DNA from: Candidatus Nanohalobium constans
GTDB lineage: Archaea; Nanohalarchaeota; Nanosalinia; Nanosalinales; Nanosalinaceae
Reading direction: 5' to 3'
DNA: 32,000 nucleotides
Assembly: GCF_009617975.1 (NCBI RefSeq)
Contig: NZ_CP040089.1
Location: forward strand, 30,001-62,000
Below, piece by piece: positions 9,477 to 16,700 of this stretch (the stretch's first letter is position 1; each line of letters starts with the position of its first letter). The notes below the pieces were generated by a model, which searched no databases, had not been told where the DNA came from, and saw nothing but the letters and a program-made list of their open reading frames with translations. A program made the translations under genes and the position numbers.

Positions 9477-9971
9477 TTATTTCTTGTTTTCACCGACAAC
9501 CACTTCTGCTTCTCGCAGGACTTTGTCGTCGAACATGTAGCCTTTTCTTTTCTGTTCAAGTATTTTTCTTTCTTCTTCGTGTTCTCGTGTGTCGACTGCT
9601 TTGTGCAGGTTTGGGTCGAATTCTTCTCCTTCTGCGTTGATTCTTTCCAACCCTCTTTTCTCCAGTTCTTCGTAGAGCTGGTCTGAAACCATTTTCACAC
9701 CTTTCACTATTGTGGAGTCTTCGTCTGCTGATAGGATTGCTCTTTCCAGGTTGTCCATTATTTGGATCATGTCCTCAGCCAATTTCTCTTCTGCTCTTCT
9801 CTGCCATTTCTGTTTTCGCTCGTCCTGTTTCTTCTTGTAGTTCTCGAAGTCGGCCTTGATTTTCTTGGCTTTCGACTCCCACTCGTCTCGTTCATCCTTC
9901 AGTTCTTCTGCTTCTTTTTCCATTTCCTGAAGAGCTTCTTCCAACTGTTCTCGGGAGAGTTCGTCGTACAT
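9477..9971 (-). CDS. grpE: Nucleotide exchange factor GrpE
   Basis: 164 aa with a long charged coiled-coil N-terminal half and the C-terminal GrpE-like pattern ...KGYMFDDKVLREAEVVV. It sits in the dnaK/dnaJ neighbourhood. Confidence 0.8.
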   Translation of the reverse strand: MYDELSREQLEEALQEMEKEAEELKDERDEWESKAKKIKADFENYKKKQDERKQKWQRRAEEKLAEDMIQIMDNLERAILSADEDSTIVKGVKMVSDQLYEELEKRGLERINAEGEEFDPNLHKAVDTREHEEERKILEQKRKGYMFDDKVLREAEVVVGENKK

Positions 9972-10067
9972 ATATTTCCAGGAGTTGACTAGATTTAAGT
10001 TTGTAAATATCTTGGCGGGTCCGAACTATATGTCAAAGTTGATGCTCTGGGATAGGCTTCCAAATGT

Positions 10068-11396
10068 TTATGGGTAGGTAAACTCTTGTTCGAAGCTTAT
10101 GTATGAGAAGACTTCGTTTTGGTGGTAGTCGTCGTATGATTCCTGTGCGTAGATTTCGATGGTATCTTTGCTTTGTGTTCCATCTGTTCTTGTCCAGTAT
10201 CCGTCTGGACCGCTGGCTGAATAACCGTCAGCGATTGTTATCGGCGGTTGTGAGTATTCTTGTTGGTAGCTGATTGTGTGTCTTGGCTGTGAGAGTCCGT
10301 CTTCGCTGGAGTCGCTGAAGGCACCGGTCTCAGCATTTAATCCTTCTATCTCGAATCTATTGGCTTCTTCAACTGCAATCCATCCTGCTTCTTCTCTGGC
10401 TGCTGTGTTTCCGGTGTCTGCGGCTTCTTGCTCTAGGTCAAATCCTTCTTTTGTTGGCTTACAGTCTATTTCTTGGCAGTCTGAGTCAGGTCCTGATACT
10501 GCCGTGGTCATGAAGTTGCCGTTGTTGTAACTGTTTAGGCTGTGGAAAAGTGTTGGAGGGTTGGAGAAATCCTGTTTGAATTCTACTTTCTTTCCTTGGT
10601 AATTGCCGATGCCGTCATCTTTTCTGTGGACTGCTGAGGAATTCAGTTCAGTTTTTCTTGATTCAAACTTGACTCCATTTATTTCGTAGGCGCCTTCACG
10701 GGCTACAAGGTAGTTTACTGTTTCTGTGGGGCTTGATCCTCCGTTGGCGTTTTCAAGTATTAAACTCATGTTTTCTCTGTTCAATTCCTGTACTCTTGCA
10801 TCGGTTTCACCTGTCCCGGAGTCTGATCCGATGAAGAGTACGGCTGCAGCGTTAAAGTAAAAGTTTTCGAACTCTACTGTTTCACTTGCTCCGTTGTCTA
10901 TAGTGTCGGATATCTGGATGCTTCCTGCCTCTAGTTTTGGCTTGTCGATAGGGAATTTTGAGCATCCTAAGTCCTTGTTTGAACCTGGACCAGCTAGCTG
11001 GATTCTCGAGCTTCTGTATACAGGTTGATCGAAGCTGAGTCTGAATGTTTCCTGAGGGTCAACTATCTCTTTTGATATGCTGTAGTTTTCTGCTATAACA
11101 CCATCTATCACAGGGGTGATGGTGCTTACATTTGCCGCGTCGGTTCCGTAGTTTCTGAGCTGCATCTTGGGTTTACTGTTTGATATCCAGCAGCTTTCCA
11201 TCCGGAAATCGCCTTCCTGGAAGTTGATTTCGTTAGAAGAAGTTTTGGCGTTATTTTGGGCGTCTTCAACAAGAGTGTACAGTGTGCCAGCGCTCGCCAC
11301 GGTTACTGATATGAGCAGGACAGTTGCTACTACAGGTGTCACTCCTTTACGCATATGTTGGATAAGGGTTCTCTGCTTTTTATCGTTCGGGGGCAT
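10068..11396 (-). CDS. Secreted/surface protein with archaeal type IV pilin-like (class III) signal peptide and internal repeats
   Basis: The N-terminus ...MRKG|VTPVVATVLLISVTVASAGTLYTLV matches the prepilin-peptidase (PibD/FlaK-type) processing motif followed by a hydrophobic helix. The start could instead be the internal ATG at 11354. The remaining ~400 aa are hydrophilic with repeated (V/I)x(F/Y)xQ(D/E)(F/Y)SxPP modules. Confidence 0.75.
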   Translation of the reverse strand: MPPNDKKQRTLIQHMRKGVTPVVATVLLISVTVASAGTLYTLVEDAQNNAKTSSNEINFQEGDFRMESCWISNSKPKMQLRNYGTDAANVSTITPVIDGVIAENYSISKEIVDPQETFRLSFDQPVYRSSRIQLAGPGSNKDLGCSKFPIDKPKLEAGSIQISDTIDNGASETVEFENFYFNAAAVLFIGSDSGTGETDARVQELNRENMSLILENANGGSSPTETVNYLVAREGAYEINGVKFESRKTELNSSAVHRKDDGIGNYQGKKVEFKQDFSNPPTLFHSLNSYNNGNFMTTAVSGPDSDCQEIDCKPTKEGFDLEQEAADTGNTAAREEAGWIAVEEANRFEIEGLNAETGAFSDSSEDGLSQPRHTISYQQEYSQPPITIADGYSASGPDGYWTRTDGTQSKDTIEIYAQESYDDYHQNEVFSYISFEQEFTYP

Positions 11397-11425
11397 TCAA
11401 AAACCAGGCTGAGAATAAAGAAGGT

Positions 11426-11902
11426 ATGGCAGAAGAAGATCATCCTTTCGTTGATGAAACAGCTCGTAAAACCTCCACAATAGTTACCAAACATTCGATT
11501 GCTATTCCTGAGGACGAACAGAAGTACAAGAAGAGTGATAGGGCTTGGAACTGGGAGAAAATAATTGACTTGGTTTTCCCGCCTGAGCAGTCGCCTAGGA
11601 GATCTAAGTATGCTAAGATATTCCTTAGAGAGCTCAAGAAAGAAGGCGAGATTGATTCGGAAAAATTGAATGCTTTCGATGAATGGGGTCATGAGAAGGG
11701 AAAGTCTAATTTGAAGAACAATATTCTGCCGAAACTGCGGCGTTTAGGTATTATTCAGTACGAGTACCTGGAGTATCGTAGTCAGCGTGAAGGCAAACAG
11801 GGTCGACGCAAAGTTGTGAAGCCTGCTAAGTCTTTTACTTCGATACTTGATTCTATGGCTAATGGTTGGGCTGCTTTCGAGTCTGCAGCGTATCAGGACT
11901 AA
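11426..11902 (+). CDS. Hypothetical basic protein, possible winged-helix DNA binder
   Basis: 158-aa ORF divergent from the pilin-like gene. The C-terminal segment NNILPKLRRLGIIQYEYLEYRSQREGKQGRRK resembles a wHTH recognition helix plus wing, but this is pattern-level only. Confidence 0.55.
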   Translation: MAEEDHPFVDETARKTSTIVTKHSIAIPEDEQKYKKSDRAWNWEKIIDLVFPPEQSPRRSKYAKIFLRELKKEGEIDSEKLNAFDEWGHEKGKSNLKNNILPKLRRLGIIQYEYLEYRSQREGKQGRRKVVKPAKSFTSILDSMANGWAAFESAAYQD

Positions 11903-11973
11903 ACTTTTTCACTTATAGTTTTCTTTAATCTTCCGGAGGATTATTGGTTAGTCCTGCAAGACTTCTATCTTTG

Positions 11974-12090
11974 TTAGAGAGCTGTTACTGCTGCGACTTC
12001 GGTGTCTGCGTGAACTCGTGTTGCTTCTTGTTCGTGTTCTAAGTGCTGTGCTTCTAACTCGGCTGCGAAGTGGCGTGCGTTTGCGTCCAT
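11974..12090 (-). CDS. Candidate small protein (38 aa, His/Ala/Glu-rich)
   Basis: ATG at 12090-12088 with a GGTGA SD 9 nt upstream, the same motif and similar spacing as dnaK. Translation is MDANARHFAAELEAQHLEHEQEATRVHADTEVAAVTAL, ending in TAA. It is below the ORF-track length cutoff. Confidence 0.3.
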   Translation of the reverse strand: MDANARHFAAELEAQHLEHEQEATRVHADTEVAAVTAL

Positions 12091-12160
12091 TTTTTGTGTT
12101 CACCTGGTGTTGTCCTGTAAACCTGATTTAGGTAGGTTGTTTGAATTGAGATATTTCCGT

Positions 12161-12431
12161 GGAACAGCCCTCACCGTTGTTATAAGCAAGAACTGTTCCC
12201 AGAAGCAATCCGGCTCTATGTCTTGTAGAGATAGAGGAACCGAATTTGCTTCACCTTAGACCGTGTATTTTCGCGGTCAACCATCCAAACCGTTTTGGTT
12301 TAGAGGCTTCATCCCGCTTTACTCTGCCAGGTGGTAAATAGTAGAATACATTCCCTTGGCTCTAAAGTTATAGTTGCATCTCACCGGAGCCTTCCACATG
12401 TTTCCAGTGAGTGTAGTATGTTGAGCCAAGG
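12161..12431 (-). ncRNA. Candidate structured non-coding RNA (class not assigned; strand tentative)
   Basis: This part of the 573-nt spacer (11903-12475) has no ORF of 60 aa or more in any frame. Helices: 9-bp perfect 12423-12431/12354-12362 enclosing the 8-bp hairpin 12404-12411/12380-12387; an ~18-bp bulged hairpin 12202-12252; a 7-bp hairpin 12161-12199; 5-bp hairpins 12260-12278 and 12285-12298. Two pairs are G-U on the minus strand but A-C on the plus strand. Confidence 0.3.
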
Positions 12432-12475
12432 TCATTGACTTTCAAGCTAGTATACGAAAACGACCTTTAAAAACT

Positions 12476-13207
12476 TTACTCCGAATCAAGATGTGGTTCG
12501 AAAACTTCGGCTCTCAGCCTTTGATGAGCGATTTCAAGCAGTTCCTGGAGATTCACTGTGTCGTATTTATTGTATTTGAGAAGTTTGTCTAGATGTTCTC
12601 GGTTACCTGTCTTCTCGTACTTTTTCCAGAGCTTGACCGCTTCCCTGCCGTCCAGATCTTCCAGTTCTCTTTCCACTCCGAGATTTTTCTCAATCTGCTT
12701 CAAACCGCCTGAATAGCCGAGCCGTTTGAACATGTACATCAGGTCGATATGAGGATTCTCGATGTTCATGTCGAAGCTGTGTTCTAGGAATGGTTGATCG
12801 AATCGTTTTCCGTTGAATGAAACCAGTAATGAAGAGTTGAAGAATTCTTTCTGCAGGTTTTCTCGTGTCAGGTTTTCTCCTCTTACCAGTGTCTTGGTTT
12901 CTCCGCCTCGATGGAGGGCGATTGTGGTAACTTTGTTTCTGTCTTTGTCTAGTCCTGTGGTTTCGATGTCGAAGAAGCAGACTGAGTCTTCAAAGTTTCT
13001 GTATGATCTCCATAGACTTTTGTTGGGAAACTGTGTTCCGAAGAATGCTTCGTTGTTTACTTCCAGGTTTTTCCTGGCTTTTTCTATGAAGTTTCTGACT
13101 TTGTCTTCGCTTCTGATGTTGGGGTTACCGTCTTCTATGTCTTCCCAGTGTGTGTATCCGTTTTTCCAGAGTTTTTTCTCTGTTTTTTCGCCTACGCCTG
13201 GAGCCAT
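12476..13207 (-). CDS. RNase H-like 3'-5' exonuclease domain protein (COG3359/YprB-like) with N-terminal HhH
   Basis: The DEDD-type motif CFFDIETTGLD follows an N-terminal helix-hairpin-helix (MAPGVGEKTEKKLW). The track ORF extends to 13387, but those 60 codons overlap the histone gene in another frame, so I chose the ATG at 13207. Confidence 0.75.
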   Translation of the reverse strand: MAPGVGEKTEKKLWKNGYTHWEDIEDGNPNIRSEDKVRNFIEKARKNLEVNNEAFFGTQFPNKSLWRSYRNFEDSVCFFDIETTGLDKDRNKVTTIALHRGGETKTLVRGENLTRENLQKEFFNSSLLVSFNGKRFDQPFLEHSFDMNIENPHIDLMYMFKRLGYSGGLKQIEKNLGVERELEDLDGREAVKLWKKYEKTGNREHLDKLLKYNKYDTVNLQELLEIAHQRLRAEVFEPHLDSE

Positions 13208-13295
13208 TATGAAGCTGTTTTCTATTCTCAAGAAGGAATCACTTTTGTAAGAAAGTAAAGGGAAAGAAGGAGTTAAAAATTGGTTCCCGAATGAA

Positions 13296-13493
13296 TTATC
13301 GGGATGCTCTGACGTCGTCTGCCTGTACAGTCTTTCTGTCAGCGTGCTCTGCGAGCTGCTTGGAGTCTCTTGCTCTTTCTTCTGCATGAGATTCTAGCTC
13401 GTCTCTGAGTTCTCTGACTGCATCTTCTGAAACTCTTGATGCGCCTGACTGTTTGATGATTCTCTTTACAGGTGCTAGTGGTAATTCTGCCAT
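13296..13493 (-). CDS. Archaeal histone (HMf-type histone fold)
   Basis: MAELPLAPVKRIIKQSGASRVSEDAVRELRDELESHAEERARDSKQLAEHADRKTVQADDVRAS matches the archaeal histone consensus (ELPxAPxxRIIKxxGAxRVSxDA...HAxRKTV). A GGAGGTGA SD at 13502-13509 lies 8 nt upstream of the ATG at 13493. Confidence 0.9.
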   Translation of the reverse strand: MAELPLAPVKRIIKQSGASRVSEDAVRELRDELESHAEERARDSKQLAEHADRKTVQADDVRASR

Positions 13494-13710
13494 TGTGATT
13501 GTCACCTCCGTGGTTGAAGCGTTACGCTTTCTATAAAACAATTAATACAAGCCCTCCTATAAAAACATTCCCCCTTATCCAGTACTCTTGAACACTCAAA
13601 ACCATGAAAAACACTCCCGAACACAAATAGCCCTGCGACAAAACCCTGGCAGATAGATAAACCTGGAAACTTATCCACACTAAAAACAATTCACAATCAA
13701 ACTACCAACT

Positions 13711-16700
13711 GTGAAAACAAAGCTCCAAATCACTGATGCAGACTACCAGATAGAAGAAGGAGAAGTAACAGTCCGTTGCTTCGGAAAGACAGAGAACGGG
13801 GAAAACATCCTCTACAAAGACAGACAATTCCTTCCATATATCTACGTCGTTCCGGCAGAAGATGCAGATATTGAAGAATTGAAGGAAAAAGTAGAGACAG
13901 GGGAATGGGAGGAAGAAGACGAAGAACTACCTGTCAGAAAAGTCGAAAAACAGCATCTCTCAGATCTGGACCAGGAGAAAGAAGTACTGAAAGCATACTC
14001 CAACATACCGGCAAACATCCCAAAACTAAAGAACAAGTTCTGGGATCTGCCAGAGGTAGAGGAGTGCCGTGAGTTCGATATACCTTTCTACCGCCGCTAC
14101 CTCATTGACAAAGGCATCAGACCTGTCTCATGGATAGAGGTTGAGGGAGAGGAAGTTGAAGAAGATGGTTTTGACCTCGCTGTCGAAGCAGAACAGATAA
14201 ATATACTTGAAGAAAAACCGATGGAGAAAAACTCTGCTGACGGAAACGAGAATGATCTCGACTGGAAGACAGTCGCTTTCGACCTTGAAGTCTACGAAGA
14301 CCAGATTATAATGGCTTCATTCTACGGCAACGATTTCAGGAAACTACTTACCACAGAGGAAATAGATAGAGACTATGTCGAAACTGTAGGATCTGAAAGA
14401 GAGCTTATCGAAAGATTTGTAGAGATAGTTAATCAGCGAGATGTGGAAATACTTACAGGATACAATACTGATGAGTTTGACTTCGATGTACTGAGGGAAA
14501 GATCTAACGAATACAATATCACGCTTTCCCTAGGCCAGGCAGGAGAGAGGATGAAGTTTAACCGTAGAGGTCGTTTCAAGGGTGCAAGATTGAAGGGGAA
14601 GATGCATCTCGATCTCTATCCGTTTGTAGAGCATGTTATCTCACCAGGACTGGACTCGGAGACACTTGACCTTGACTCCGTGGCCGAAGAGCTCCTTGGA
14701 GAGAACAAAGACGACTTCTCCTGGGAAGAGATGAAAGAAGCATGGAGCAACAAGGAGAATCTTGAGAAATTTGCGGACTACGCTTTGAGGGATTCCGAAG
14801 TTGCTTTCAAGTTGGCAGAAGAACTAGTGCCGCAGATGCTGGAACTTTCACGAATAACAGGTCTGATTCCATTCGATGCCTGCCGCCTGACGTATGGTCA
14901 GCTAACGGAGAACTACCTGCTTCGGGAGGCACATGAGAGAGACATGTTGGCTCTTAATCGACCTTCTCAGGATAAGCGGAGGAAGAGGCAGAGACAGGGA
15001 GCTTACTCAGGAGGATTCGTCTACACGCCCGAAGCAGGATTATACGAAAATCTAGCCTTGTTCGACTTCAAGAGCCTATACCCAACAGTAATGGTCGCCC
15101 ACAACATCTCTCCAGACACACTGAATTTAGAGGATTGCAACGATCGATTAGAACTAGAAGAGTTCGACTATGATTTCTGCCAGGATGAACAAGGTTTCTT
15201 CCCTGAACTAGTAGAAGAATTAGTGCAGGATCGTTCTGAAATCAAGGAAGAGATGAAGAAAACTGGAGGAGATTCACAGGATTATCAAGCCTTAGACAAC
15301 CGTCAACAAGCTGAAAAAGTACTAGCCAATAGTGTCGGACCTGAAACTCATCTTATTCTAAGGAATCCTAATAGCCAAATTATAGTAGAATCTATTGAAG
15401 ATTTCTACAATTCATTAAATTCTGATGAGAAGGTGGTAGGAGAAAGTGAAGTGAAGGAGGTTGAGAAATGGGAGGTTTTATCGGTTGAAGGAGATAAAGC
15501 AGCATTTAAGCCTGTTTATGCTGCCAGTTGTCACGAGCCTATAGATGCTTATCAAGTTAGAACAAGGATGGGAGAAGTCACCGTTACAGGAGATCACAGT
15601 CTTATTTCAATGAGTGGAGAGTCAAGTAACAGAATCCGTGATTCAAACTTTGAGGGGTTGGATGAAGTAAAAGGCTCAGAGATAACTAAGGATGATGTAA
15701 TAGCTCAGGTCAATGATTTGCGGTTAAATGAGTCCGAACAGAAGGTTACTGTGCCGGAAATTCTGAAAGACTGTCCTGAAGATTTCTATTTGTACGTCCC
15801 GAAGTCTGAAAACTTGGACAAAAGAAACTGGTATGAGAGAAGGGTAAGGCTAATTGAAGCGATTGATGAGGGTATGCTATCTTCTGATATAAATTCTAGC
15901 GATGATTTTGGAAATAAGATTCTTGCCAATGCTAGAAACGAAGGTTTAGTCAAAAAGACACAAATTGTTGGCAGCAGAGGTAACAGCTATGAATGTGAAG
16001 TTACTGAGAAAGGTAAAGAATACAGAAAATTCTTTGATACTTTTCAGAAGAGTGAGAAAAATGCTAAGCACTACCTAGTACCTCTTGAAGAATTAGATGA
16101 GCTACCCCCTAGAGAAATACTTGAAAAATCATATGTAGCAAACAAGAGCGGTCGGGCTCGAAACAAAATACCTGCAGTCATCGAATTAGATGAGGATTTT
16201 GCCTCTCTTCTTGGCTGGTTTGTAGCAGAAGGACATTTCAGAAAAGATGGAACAGATACTTCCAGTTATACGGATTCTGCCATAGCCTCGGATGAACCTC
16301 AACAAAGGAAAGAAGTTCAAAGATTGTTCAAAGAAGTATTTAACTATGATGCTAGTGTGAATGGTAGACAGGTCTCATGCTGCACATCAACAATAGCAAG
16401 ACTACTCGCAGAACTATGCGGAGATAAAGCTGAGACAAAGAGGGTTCCAAAACCTATATTTAACTGTGAGAAGTCTGTTAGAGAAGCATTTTTGAAGTCA
16501 TACTCGCTGGGAGATGGAGACGAAGATGGCAGAAGATTCTCTACAATAAGCAAACAGTTGCAGTCCGGACTTTCAACACTTCTCAAAGAACAAGACACAA
16601 TCCTGCATAATGGATATGACACCGAAACATACAGAGTGTCAAAGAGAACCAAGACACAAGGACAGAAAATAGTGTCAGGAGACTTATACGGACAGACTCC

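Noticed and set aside
12161-12431. Assignment of the structured spacer as RNase P RNA. The minus strand has a CR-I-like GGAAGGCUCCGG, a CR-V-like ACAAGACAUAGAGCCGGAUUGC and GCAGAGUAAAGCGGG.
   Set aside because: The CR-I-like segment lies in the loop and 3' arm of a local 8-bp hairpin that is itself enclosed by a 9-bp helix. That is incompatible with the long-range P4 pairing. The CR-V-like segment forms the 3' arm of another local hairpin. I also saw no SRP helix-8 GNAR/AGCA signature. The class is left unassigned pending covariance-model searches.
13208-13541. Upstream extensions of the exonuclease ORF (to 13387) and of the histone ORF (to 13541).
   Set aside because: The exonuclease extension overlaps the histone coding region in another frame and is Ser/Thr/Gln-rich junk. 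The histone extension lies upstream of a strong GGAGGTGA SD that positions the ATG at 13493, where the canonical MAELPLAP histone N-terminus begins.
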